A stretch of 64,000 nt of DNA from Octopus bimaculoides (taxonomy: Eukaryota). The notes under the pieces are model-generated. The model was given only the letters and a program-made list of their open reading frames with translations, searched no databases and was not told the DNA's origin. Positions 40,435-52,971 of this stretch are shown here, one piece after another. The position numbers were made by a program, and so were the translations under genes. Position 1 is the first letter of the stretch. Each line of letters starts with the position of its first letter. The stretch is from contig NC_068983.1 of NCBI RefSeq assembly GCF_001194135.2, forward strand, positions 42,766,481 through 42,830,480, in the 5' to 3' direction.

Positions 40435-40664
40435 GCGGCGAGCTGGCAGAAATGCTAACACACCAGGCGAAATGCTTAGCGGTATTTCGTCTGCCGTTAC
40501 ATTCTGAGCTCAAATTCCGCTAAGGTCGACTTTACCTTTCATTCTTTCGGGGTCGATAAATTAAGTACCAGTTACGCACTGGTGTTGATGTAATCGACTT
40601 GATCCCTTTGTCTGTGCTTGTTTGTCCCTTCTATGTTTAGCCCCTTGTGAGTAATAAAGAAATA
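40435..40664 (+). mobile_element. tRNA-derived SINE family C nested in a family A copy
   Basis: Starts gcggcgagctggcagaa and contains gtcgactttacctttcattctttcggggtcgataaa. Perfect 12-bp TSD agaaactgaaag (40423-40434 and 40665-40676). Confidence 0.85.
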
Positions 40665-42739
40665 AGAAACTGAAAGAGTGTGTATGTGCGTGTGTGTGTG
40701 AGACCACAGCTTGACAAGTGTGGATTTGTTTACATCCCCTGTAACTTAGTGGTTCAGCAGAATGAGTATGACAAATATCAGCCTTAAAAAGAAAAATATG
40801 GAGCACGGGTCAATTTGCTCGACTAAAAATTGTTCAAGGCGGTACCCCAGCATGGCCACAGTCTAATGACTGAAACAAGTAAAAGGTAAAAGAAAAATAT
40901 ACCCTGTACTTGGAAGTCATTGGAAACATACCAAAATAGTCTTATGTCCTTCTAAGGAATCTCAACATGGTTCTTTAAGGGTAAACTTACTGCAAGTAAC
41001 AGCAGGTTTCCAAATCGTATAAATGGAGGTTTTGAATATTTCTGTTTTCTATAAAGAATCATACAAGAAAAAAAAAAAAAGGAAAAGGAAAAAACCATGA
41101 ATTTACAATTCTATTTAGAATTATGAATACAATGGAGCATTCTTTCACTTCTCTCTGTCATTTCTGACAGCTATCCTGGAGACTCTTACTGAAAAGATAT
41201 ATCACTTCCAGATTCCTCATATATTCCATACAGCCTGCATATAATGATATTCCTGCTACAGGCCGTTTCTACAGTATTATAGCTCTCATTATATTGCTCA
41301 GGATTCCATTTTACATAGACACATTCTCACATAATGAACAAGAAACAAAGAACTACTGTTACATGGCATTGCTAGAAATAGAAGTCATATCTCCCTAAAA
41401 TCACATTTTACAGTCTTAGAAGAAAAAAGAAATGAGAATTAAGTAGCTCTTCTGCAGCAAGAAACCTGTTCTGCTTTGTTCCCTTATATGTTAACCCCCT
41501 CATCTGAGTATAAAGGGCCCCAACTCTGAGTATGCTGCTGCTGCGAAAAGGAAACAATTAATGCAGTAATGTAATCGGCATTAGGAAGGGCATCCATCTA
41601 TTGACACCACGTCAAAACAATGGAGCACAATGTAATCTTTGGAACTGTCAGATCCTGTGAAACCATTGAATCCATGCTAGCATAGGATATGGATTGTTTA
41701 AATAATGATGATGATGGCTACCAATATAGACAAGACCACGAACAATTGATGTTGTCTTGAGATCACGAACATAATGTTTACCACCCTCCACAAAACCAAT
41801 AATACATGTATATACAAGTATGTGCAGGAATGCAAGCATTTGTCAGTATGATAGATAATGAGAAAATATGGGATTACCATTTTGCTGGCATCATTGTGCA
41901 CAGTCCGTTGAACTGATTTAACATCATCACCAGGCCCTGGGATGTCATTACCAGAGACCACTCGATTGCAGATACTTAAAAGGTTATTATAATTTTAATA
42001 TTGCTTCAGTTGCATACACTGGATTTTTGTTCAGCCTGGCAGCTTTTTGCAACATCAGCGAATGGGTTACTCACTGTTTTCTATGTATTAGAGAAGACAA
42101 ATCTCATCTGAGCATGAGGTTTGCTGTGGGCACATCACTGACAAGGCTCAAAAAAGCCAAAATGCATGTAGCATATTCACAAGCTGTTGCCATGAAGACT
42201 TTTCATCTTCCACTGATATATACTACTGTCTTTTCTTGTTTTATTTTTATATTTTTAACACAGTATATCAGTAAGAAATTTTATCTCGGATGAAAACCAC
42301 AGTATCTTGCCTACTCCCCACTACACTACTGGCTGAGGGGACTGTTTTTTTGTCTTGCAAGTTACTTGGTATCAGTAATGGTACCATGCAAAAAGTACCA
42401 GTGCTGGTGCCACATAAAAAGCACCCAATACACTCTGTAAAGTGGTTGGTATTTGGAAGGGCATCTAACTGTAGAAACTATGCTAAAACAGACAGCTGGA
42501 GCCTGGTGAAGCCCTTGACCTTACCAGCTCCTGTCAAACCGTCCAACCCATGCCAGCATGGAAATCCAACATTAAATGATGATTATATATGAATGAAATG
42601 CCTGTATGACAAAGTTTTAGATTCGTGCACATATATACTGCCTGGTGCAGCCTCCTGGCTTCCGAGACCCCAGGCAAACCGTCCAACCCATGCCAGCATA
42701 GAAAACGGACGTTAAACAATGACAATGAGTTTTGGTGTA

Positions 42740-44466
42740 TGAGTGCATGTGTGTATAAAATTGACGGTATGTTAAAGCTAGTTTTAAATGTGTGTAGCTG
42801 TATATACACACATTATATATAAAATAAATTATATATAAATGAAACATATATAACAAGTAAAAAGCACCATTCAAGCATGGGTCATTGCCCATGCCACCTG
42901 ACTGGCTCCCATGCCAGTGGAACACAAGAAGCACCATTCAAGTGTGGTTGATGCCAGTGCCGCCTGACTGGCTCCTGTGCCAGTGGCACATAAAAAGCAC
43001 CCACTACACTCTCGGAGTGGTTGGCATTAGGAAGGGCATCCAGCTGTAGAAACATTGCCAGATCAGATCAGATTGGTACAGTCTTCTGGCTTGCCAGTTC
43101 CCAGTCAAACTGTCCTACCCATGCGAGCATGGAAGGCAGACATTAAACGATGATGATGAACAAATATATACATAACTTAATACATATATACATGCATATA
43201 GTTAAATTCAGGATATTTTAAAGGTAGATTGGTGTGTGTGTGTATATATATATAAAGTTGACATTATGTCATAGCTAGTTTTAAATGTGTGCATACACAA
43301 ACATGTCAATATACAAAACAATTTATATGTAAATGAAACATGAGCGGTTGTGTGGTAAGAAGCTTGCTTCCAAACCACACAGTTCCAGGTTCAGTCCCAC
43401 TGCATGGCACCTTGTGAAAATACTTCTACTAGAGCCTGAGGCTGACCAAAGACTTGTGAGTAGATTTGGCAGACAGTAACTGAAAGAAGCCTGTCATGTA
43501 TGTATGTCCTCCAACCATTGCTTGGTGTGTTTACATCACCATAATTCAGCAGTTCAGCAAAAGAGACCGATACAATAAGTACTTGGCTTACAAAGAATAA
43601 GTCCTGAGGTTGATTTGTCCAACTAAAGGCAGTGCTCCATCATGGCAGCAGTCAAATTACCAAAACTAATAAAAGAATAACATACATACATACACACATA
43701 CATACATAGTTAAATTGAGGATATTTTAAAGGTAGTTTGTGTGTATGTGTATATAAAACTGACGTTATGTGAAAGCTAGTTTTAAATGTGTGCCTTAACA
43801 TACAAAACAAATATGTAAATGAAACATCTATATATAATTAAACACATATATATACATACATAATTTAACACATATGTATATACAGTTAGATTGAGAATAT
43901 TTTAAAGGTAATGTTTGTGTGTGTGTATGTATGTATAAAATTGGGATTATATTATAAAGCTAGTTTTAAATGTATGTATGTATATACACACACGCGAACA
44001 CGTGTAAAATTATAAATGAAACATGGTGCCCCAGCATGACCGCAGCTTTAAAGCTGAAACAATTTAAAGAATATATAATTTTACACATTTTCTTTTATTT
44101 GTTTCAGTCATTTGGCTGCGGCCATGCTGGAACACCGATTTAGTCGAGTAAATCGACCACAGGACTTAATCTTTCGGTCACTTGTTGCCGAACCGCTAAG
44201 TTACGGGGACGTAAACACACTAGCATCAGTTGTCAAGCGATGATAGGGGGAGGGCTACAGACAGAAACACACACACACACACATATATATATATAAATAT
44301 ATATATACTACAAGACTAGAAAAACAGCCAATCGATGAAGGGTCGTTCTTTTTATCGTTTGTTTTGTTTTCCATTTGTGTCTTTCGTTCGAAAGAATAGT
44401 TCATGTTCCATGTACTCGTGCTTCGTACTTTGTTGTACACGTTTCATGACGTCCTGTGCCCACATA

Positions 44467-44527
<61 letters not shown>

Positions 44528-44880
44528 GTATAGATAGATGTAAGTATCTACATATACGTATGTATATGCATATATATACAAATTATTTATATTTTATATA
44601 TATATATACATATTATTTATATTTCTGTCTACCAAATCCACTCATAAGGCTTTGGTCAGCCCGAGGCTATAGCAGAAGATACTTGACACTTGCCCAAGGT
44701 GTCACGCAGTGGGACTGAACCCGGAACCATGTGGTTGGTAGGTAAGCTACTTACCACACACCCACTCCCGCGCGTACATAACATACACACAGTTAATTGA
44801 GGATATTTTAAAGGTAGTTTTGGTGTTTGTGTGTGTAAAATTGAGGTTATGTAAAGCTAGTTTTAAATGCGTATACACAC
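42740..44880 (+). repeat. Five diverged copies of a 130-150 bp unit interleaved with SINEs
   Basis: The anchor agctagttttaaatg occurs near 42776, 43273, 43774, 43958 and 44855. ggatattttaaaggta precedes most copies and aaatgaaacat follows four of them. Confidence 0.8.
44095..44772 (-). mobile_element. SINE family A interrupted in its internal microsatellite
   Basis: Tail half at about 44095-44290 and head half at about 44625-44772, with foreign sequence at about 44308-44470. Confidence 0.75.
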
Positions 44881-45937
44881 ACACAAACAAACACGTGTCT
44901 GTGTGTGGGAGTTTGTAACCCATTACTCCAGTAGCAGTCGTTCACTCCACTGACAGCATCGACTGGGCGTCGTCATGTAAACGAATTTGTTACAACCCAG
45001 ATTCATCTTGAAACACCTTCCAATTTGGTTTTGTACTTTACACTGTTTTAGTACAACTACTATTGCTGCTGCCGTCGCTACTACTACCACAACCACCACC
45101 ACCACCACCAACACCTCTGGTTGTACTTTTGATACTTTGATGCAACCATTGTTGCTAAGTTCACCGCCATCACTACTTTTATTATAGCTTCTACCAACAC
45201 CTTTTCATTGTTACAGCTTGTTACATCTCAGTACCTTTTATCTACTGTTACTACTATCACAACAAATACTACTCTATCACAGCTGTGAATACTACTGTTG
45301 CTGCTGCTAATAATGATAATGCCTTTTATTAATAGCCACAACTTTGATTATTACTTCCTTCACCATATCAACTTTATTCCACTCCTACTACAACGAGGCA
45401 ACAAGGGAGCCTCTATGTGGTTCTTCAATTCCTAGAAATAGCAGCCAAATATCATTTGAATCACACTTAAACCTTAAAAAAGAAAAAAAAAATGTTATTG
45501 TTTAAGCAGAGTTTTCCTGAAAATATAGGAACAGGCGCCATTGCAGCACACCACTGCATACACCATTTATCAATATCTGCTCAAGTCGTCCCAGGCAGCC
45601 CCACAAGAAGTTCCAGTCAGTTCCAGTCTCCGTAAAATATTTCCTCATCTGCTATGACCACTAGGCACGTGGCCGACCAACACGAGCCATCACCCCAGCC
45701 AGATCCTCAGATATGAGAACATAGTATGCAGGACACAGCGCGGAACATCAAGCAACATCACCAAACAGCCTAAGCTGATACCCCCGAATCGTACAGGACG
45801 CATCCCAGGTTCTTAGTACAGTCATGGGATGGATACAAAATCTGACCAATGATAGTCCATAATCTTGCAAAGTATCCAAGTACCGAAGGAGTTCAGGTGA
45901 CTCCAAGCAAAATAATAAACCCCGGGAATATTAAACA

Positions 45938-46093
45938 GGAGTGGCTGTGTGGTAGGAAGCTTGCTTCCCAACCACATGGCTCCAGGTTCAGTCCTACTGC
46001 ATGGTACTTTGGGCAAGTGTCTGCTACTATAGCCTCGGGCCAACCAAAGCCTTGTGAGTGGATGTGGTAGACGGAAACTGAAAGAAGCCCGTC

Positions 46094-46135
<42 letters not shown>

Positions 46136-46590
46136 TTATATAAGTCAGTAAATAGTGGGGTTATGCATATATATTTATATATATGCATATATGGGTACAG
46201 GACGTCACTAACGGTGCAAATAACATGAAATATGTAAATAACGAGAAGAAAATGGAAAACAGGACAAGTAAACATCACTTGTCGGTTGTCTGTCTACTCA
46301 TTTCGAGTATTCAACATATATATATATATAAGTACATATCTTATATTGTATGTATATATTTTATTAATTTGTCTGTACGGCTGATATTAGCTTGCTACTT
46401 GTGTTGGTATTTTAATAATACCATGTCCACATATACATATATATATATATAGACAGTAGTACCTCGGTTTTCGAACACTTTTCATCATGAATAAATCGTG
46501 CTTTATCTCTTGTCTTTCTCATATTCATTTAATACAGTAGTACCTTGCTTTATGAACGCCTCTGATCACGAATAAATCGTGCATTTTATA

Positions 46591-46622
<32 letters not shown>

Positions 46623-47002
46623 CACACATATAAGTACATACATATATACACACATATACATACATATATATATATACACATACACACACACATATATATA
46701 TATATACATACACACACACATAAAGCACAATTTACTCATGAGCAGAGGTGTTCGAAAACTGAGGTACAACAGTATATGTATTTGTGTGTGTGTGTGTGTG
46801 TATTTCCCCCCACACACACGCACACACAATCACTTAACACTGATGTTGATGTATTTTATGTCCCCGTAGCTTAGCAGTTCGTCAAAAGAGAACAATAGAA
46901 CGAGTATTAGGCTTACAAAGAATAAGTCCTGGGGGGGCAATTACTTTGACAAAAGGTGGTGCTCCGGCATGGCCACAGTCAAATAACAAACAAGTAAAAG
47001 AA
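45938..47002 (+). mobile_element. SINE family A interrupted by two nested insertions
   Basis: Head at about 45938-46095 and tail at about 46795-47002, with inserts at about 46150-46430 and 46454-46772. Confidence 0.75.
46454..46772. mobile_element. Tc1/mariner (Tigger-like) MITE
   Basis: TIR cagtagtacctcggttttcgaacac / gtgttcgaaaactgaggtacaacag followed by TA. It sits in a TA-rich microsatellite. Confidence 0.65.
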
Positions 47003-47150
47003 TGACATAGCCCAGACATGGTTACATGGAGAACTAAAAGCAAAACCATTTTAATGCCACTTTTGCATACAAAGGACATGTAGCATGTCAAGGAGGCTGG
47101 ATACACTTTTGCAATGGACCGAGAGGTGTCCTCATCTTGTTTGTTGTTAT

Positions 47151-47195
47151 CCCAATATTTCGGCTGGTGTATTCTCCAGCCTTCATCAGGTGTTC
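47151..47195 (-). ncRNA. Type I hammerhead-like motif (minus-strand copy)
   Basis: Minus strand reads aacac-CUGAUGA-a-GGCUGG-agaauaca-CCAGCC-GAAA-uauugggau. Core and stem II are intact; stems III and I are degenerate. Confidence 0.65.
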
Positions 47196-47450
47196 TGGTG
47201 GAATTTTGAACCCAACCCCTTTATTTGACTACACTGTTCTCATTCCTCAGGTACGTTGCTGATGTTATTTTTCTGTTGATATTCTTTCAGTGGATAAGAG
47301 CACAGGCTACTAACCCTCAGATTCTAAGTTTAATCCCAGGCAGGGACCTGAAAAAATAATAACAGAAAAATAACACCAGCAACATACCTTAGGAATGAGA
47401 ACAATGTACTCCATTAGTCAAATAAAGGGTTGGGTTCGAAATTCCACCAG

Positions 47451-47500
47451 AACACCTGATGAAGGCTGGAGAATACATCAGCCGAAACATTATGATAACA
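47451..47500 (+). ncRNA. Type I hammerhead-like motif (plus-strand copy)
   Basis: aacac-CUGAUGA(47456-47462)-a-GGCUG-gagaauacau-CAGCC-GAAAC-auuaugau. Core and stem II are intact; stems III and I are degenerate. Confidence 0.7.
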
Positions 47501-48060
47501 GCAAACAAGATGAGAACACCTATCCATCTATTGTAAATAATGAATTTGAAAGGATGAAAGGCAAAGTTAACCCTGGCAGAATTTGAACTCCAAATGTAAA
47601 GGCAGGTAGAATGCTGCTAAGCATTTTGCTCAGTGTGCTAACGATTCTGCCAGCTCATCATTTTACAGATTGTTAATATATAGATATCAATACATGAACG
47701 ACAAAAGAGATACATGGTCACATTTAATATGCTAAAGCCGTTTGTGCTATAAATAGTTGTGCAACCAGAGTTGAGATACAGTGCAAAAACTACAAAAGCT
47801 TCTTCAGAGCCATTCTGCATATACATTTGCATAAACAGAAAGATTTAAAGAACCTCACAATATGACCTAATTAACATCACTAATTTAAGTGACCTAGTTA
47901 ACAGTGTAGGTGGATGCTCTGAAAGAATAGTAGCTAAATAAGTAGAGATGGAAAAATTTTAGGGAGGGAGTTATTACCTCTAGTGGTAACAATGGGATTT
48001 TTTTCCAAACAAAGAGTAGATTGTATGGCACTTGTGTATAAACTGTTGAATAGGTTGATA

Positions 48061-48455
48061 GGCGCATGAGTGGCTGTGTGGTAAGTAGCTTGCTTACCAA
48101 CCACATGGTTCTGGGTTCAGTCCCACTACGTGGCACCTTGGGCAAGTGTCTTCTACTATAGCTTCGGGCCGACCAAAGCCTTGTGAGTGCATTTGGTAGA
48201 CAGAAACTGAAAGAAGCTCATCGTATATATATATATATATATATATATAGTTAAAAAANNNNNNNNNNGTTTGTCCCCCAACATCGCTTGACAACCGATG
48301 CTGGTGTATTTACGTCCCCCGTAACTTAGTGGTTCGGCAAAAGAGACCGATAGAATAAGTACTAGGCTTCCAAAGAATAAGTCCTGGGGTCGATTTGCTC
48401 GACTAAAGGCGGTGCTCCAGCATGGCCGCAGTCAAATGACTGAAACAAGTAAAAG
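48061..48455 (+). mobile_element. SINE family A, full length, CpG-rich
   Basis: Head ggcgcatgagtggctgtgtggtaag; tail gactgaaacaagtaaaaga. Confidence 0.85.
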
Positions 48456-49479
48456 AGAAAGAGTAAAGAGGTGTAAAATGTGGAGACTGAATATAGAGAA
48501 TGAGAAGAGGTTGGAAAACAAAAACATAGAGGGGCGTAGTCGATGGTGGATATATAAAGTTAGTGTGCTAGAAGAAATAAAGAGAAATCTGGAAAGAAGA
48601 GAAATGAGAGGAGACTGCACTGGTACAAATGTGAAAATGATGACATGTATGTTATATGGAGATGTGGCTGTGCTGTTAGGAAGCTTGCTTCCCTACCAAG
48701 TGGCCTCAGGTACTTCCCCATTGTGCAGTACCTTGGGTAATGCCTTCTACTGGAGCCTTGTGAGTGGATTCGGTAAAGGGAAACTGAATGAAGCCCATTG
48801 TGTGAGTGCGAGCATGGTATATCATCGCCATGACATCATGTGATGGTTGTAAATGAGTTTCACTGTCGAACAAGCAATGATGTTTGTTTCCAGTGTTCCG
48901 TGAAAAACAGGTCTGACTACATGGAAATATTACTTTTCTTGGAAACAAATGAGAGTTGGTGACAGGGAGGGCACTGGCTGCAGAAAATCTACCTCAACAA
49001 ATTTTCTCTGACCCATGCCAGTATAGAAAAGTGCACATTAAATAAGTACAGAAGCGAAAAATTATGCGACATGGAATTCAATTATAAGTGGCCTATACTC
49101 CGCATTGGAGTGTTAAAGGCAAGAAAGAAGAAAGAATATAATATGGAGGTAAACCATGATAGTCAGTGCACCGGTGTTTTCATGCGTGCTCAATACAATG
49201 ACAGGGTGTGGTGCATTGCTTTGTGTAATGTTTATCTCGGTCAAATGGCCAGCAATACAGGAAATATTCCATTTAGGCAAGTCTAGTTCATTTTTATCGC
49301 ATTATGCGCTGTGCTTGCAAAGATTTAAATTTTAACTATTTATATCATATCAAATACACATTTAGTGTGGGTATGTATAGACATATACACACAAAGTTTT
49401 TAGGAAGTTAATATATACATATGATGATGATGTTGATTATATATACATAAAGGTTGTCTCAGGACAATCTGCAGTTATT

Positions 49480-49930
49480 CACTAAAAGACAGTCTAATGT
49501 CGACCTTGAAAAACAAGTGTAAGATTGGTGGAATTGAGAGCTTCATTATGCAGTTACAATTGCAATGGGGTGACCATGTCATCAGAATGAGTAACAAAAG
49601 AATACCCAAAGTCCTCGTGTACAGCCAGCTTGATAGTGGGCACAGGAATGTTGGCCAACCATGCCTCAGATATAAAGGCCTCTCAGTAGTCAACATAGTT
49701 CGCAACACCTTTGAGCAAACAGCATGTGGCGAACAAAATGGAGATTGTTGTGCCAAAATGGCATAAGAGACTGTTTCGACCTGCATTAACAGGGTAAAGG
49801 GTGCAAAGCAAAGGAGAAAAGTGATTGCAAATATATTACCTATGCTGACCTTAATCCTAACACTTACAATATGCACGAGTTTTGCAAATCACTGGCAGGA
49901 CTCAAATATCACATTCAACAGATACATTAT
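49480..49930 (+). pseudogene. RTE-clade LINE 3' fragment
   Basis: ORF 49497-49766 contains IESFIMQLQLQWGDHVIRMSNKRIPKVLVYSQLDSGHRNVGQPCLRYK, matching RTE QLRWxGHVxRMxxxRxPKxxxYxxLxxGxRxxGxPxxRYKD. It is followed by a degraded zinc-finger-like FCKSLAGLKYHI near 49880. Confidence 0.85.
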
Positions 49931-50383
49931 GCCTGACAAAGAAAGTATAGGTTGTCAGATCTTCATACTTTGAAACTGATGGGAGAGTCCATTATATAGG
50001 TGCAGGAGTGGTCGTGTGGTAAGAAGCTTGCTTCCCAACCACATGGTTCTGGGTTCAGCCCCACTGCGTGGCATCTTAGGTAAGTGTCTTCTACTATAGC
50101 CTCAGGCCAGCCAAAGCCTTGTGAGTGGATTTGGTAGACAGAAATTGAAACAAGCTCATTGTATATAATGAGCCCATTTATGAATACCCCTCATTCATTG
50201 AACAATAAACCTTGCTTGTTAAGACCTATTGAGGCAAGTGAAATGAAAATCAAAATTGCTGACATGGCCGACAACAGTAGTACCTGATTGGCACTCATGC
50301 CAGTGGAACGTTAAAAGCACATCCGAACGTAGGGTGTAACCGGCCCACTTATGAGTACCTCTCATCCATTGGACAATGGAAAG

Positions 50384-50563
50384 GAACTCGGCCACTTTAC
50401 CTCAGTGAGGCCCAACGCTCAAAAACGAACTCGGCCACTTTACCTCAGTGAGGCCCAACGCTCAAAACGAACTCAGCCACTTTGCCTCCATGAGGCCCAA
50501 CGCTCAAAAGGAACTAAGCCACTTTGCCTCAGTGAGGCCTAATGCTCAAAAGGAACTCAGCCA
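50384..50563 (+). repeat. 42-43 bp minisatellite, about 4.3 units
   Basis: gaactcggccactttacctcagtgaggcccaacgctcaaaac repeats from 50384, 50427, 50469, 50511 and 50553. A single-copy version lies inside SINE B near 3325-3360. Confidence 0.9.
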
Positions 50564-52971
50564 CACACACACATATATATAGGTTTGGTGATGAAAACAG
50601 GAAATAGAGTTCAAAACATGAGTATTCATATATTTTTTATTAAAAATCAGCAAAAGCTAAGAGTTACATGCATTGGTGCTTAAAGTGTCAACACATGAAA
50701 CTTGCAGCCCTCGAGTCATTCTAATTTTAGCCAGCTATTAACACACACACACAAACACACAAGACATATACACATGCAGAGAGAGACAGACATGCAGGTA
50801 GGCAGGCAGTAATAATACAGGCAGGCACAGACGCAAATACATAAACTGACCCACACACACATATTCACAAACATACATGCAAACAGTCCTAAAGAAACTA
50901 AACAGGCATTAGTAAAAAAAAAAAAAACTAATCATGTTAGCAAGATAGACACTAAAATTAACAGCCTTCCCTCCATTAGTGTCTGGTCAATGACATTCCA
51001 TTTTAAAACTACTGCTGGGTCATCGAGACAAATATCTCTACCTTAAATCACTACAGATTTATTAACGAAGGACTGCAGATAGTTTTCAACTGGGCAGTTG
51101 CATGAAAGCAGATTGAAAGACTGGGTGGCTGGGGAGGATCACGCATTTAATAATATAATAGCAGAAAAACTTGAAGGGGAGCTTTCGTATTCGTTAGTTT
51201 GTTGGGGTTTTTTTTTTGTTTTCAATTTTGAACACTCTACTAGAGGGAGTTTTTTCTACTAATTACTATGATAACCAGTTGGTTAAAAAAAATTCTTATT
51301 TCATTATATTATACATGAGACGAGGCGTGGCTGTGTGGTTAAGAAGTTTGCTTCCCAACCATACGGCTCCTGGTTCAGTCCCACTGTGTAGAACCCTGGG
51401 CAGGTGTCTTCTCTAACAGCCCCAAGTCAATCAAAGCCTTGTGAGTAAATCTGATAAAGAGTAATTGAAGGAAACCTAACGTAGGCACAGGTGTGGCTGT
51501 GTGGTAAGAAGTTTGCTTTCCAACCAAATAGGTTCCAGGTTCAGTCCCACTGTGTGGTACCTTGGACAAGTGTCTTCTACTATAGACTCAGGCCAACCCA
51601 AGCCTTGTCAGGGGATTTGATAGATAGAAACTGAAAGAAGCCCATCGTATGTATGTATATCTGTGTTTGTTCCCCACCACTGCTTGACAACTGGTTCTGG
51701 TGTGTTTATGTCCCCCGTAACTTAACGGTTCAGCAAAAGGGATCAATAAATTAAGTACCAGGCTTAAAAAAAGATATATAAGTACTGGCATTGATTTGAC
51801 TAAAAATTCTTCAAGGTAGTGCAACAGCATGGCCACACAATCATAAAATGAGCAAATCCATCATAGAAGCAGTGATCTTCATTTCTCATCTTCTATAAAA
51901 ACATGTCTGGCTATGGGGAAATATTACCTTCGTTGGGAACAGGTGAGGACTGATGACAAGAAGGACATCCAGCCATAGAAAATCTGCCTCAATGAATTCC
52001 ATCTAACCCATGCAGGCATGGTAAAGGGGATGTTAAAACAATTCTAATTTTGAAAGGGATGGGGTAAGTTAATTACACTTGGCTGGTACTTTATTTCATT
52101 TACCCTGAAAGACTGGAAAGCAAAGTTGACCTCAGCACAATTTGAACTCGGATCAAACTGGTAAAAAATACAGCTAAGCATTTTGTTTCACACTTAGATG
52201 GTAACATTCTCTATAAAAAAAGGAATACTTCTGTCCATTTAATTGGATATCATACAAGCTGTGACCTTTCCCTTGTATTGATATAAATCAAATAGTCCCC
52301 CTATCAGATTTTTATTCCTCAGTGGAGGGGGTCTTCTCTTGTGGGTACTTGGCAACCTCACTAGTACTGGTACCAATGTAAAAAAAAACACAGTACATTG
52401 GGCATCCAGCTGGAGAAATCATGCCAAAACTGGAATAGACCCTGGCAAAAAAACCTCTGGCTTGTTTCTTGTTATCAAGCAAACCAACCCATGCCAACAT
52501 AGGAAAACAGGATGTTAAACTATGATGATGATGTGAGGAGACATCCTCTTGCTTTTTGACACACAAATGATGATGATGATGATCAATAACTTAGAATGTG
52601 TTCACATTCTAATTCAACTCACAGTGAGATTTTGTAATATGAAAATTTCAGTTCTTCTGATTTATGCTGTTGTGAATAAAATATATACTGTTTAATTAAG
52701 TAATGAGCCATCAAAAGCACAAATATGCAAATCAGGCCACCCACTACTATTGTAGCTAAATTTATGATTACTTTATATAGCAGCTGATCTATGCTATAGA
52801 TTGGGGAAGGAAGACGGGTTTGTCTTCTCTGAGGATTGGTCAACAAACAATAAAACAGCCTGCCAGGGGCCTCTGAAGAAACACGAGTCAACATATCAAT
52901 AGCATATTTTATTTAACCCACAGTGAGGATTCTATTTTGCGCATGTGTGTGTATATAAATAGATAGAGAGA

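Larger units (their letters stand above)
47108..47537. mobile_element. Long inverted repeat with two hammerhead-like motifs around a tRNA-like loop
   Basis: Arms 47108-47290 and 47348-47537 pair along nearly their whole length by eye. The loop is 47291-47347. Confidence 0.85.

Noticed and set aside
41171-41398. Stop-free 75-codon stretch after an acceptor-like site
   Set aside because: It has no recognisable domain, and its 3' part runs into a common repeat motif (gctagaaatagaagtcatatctccc).
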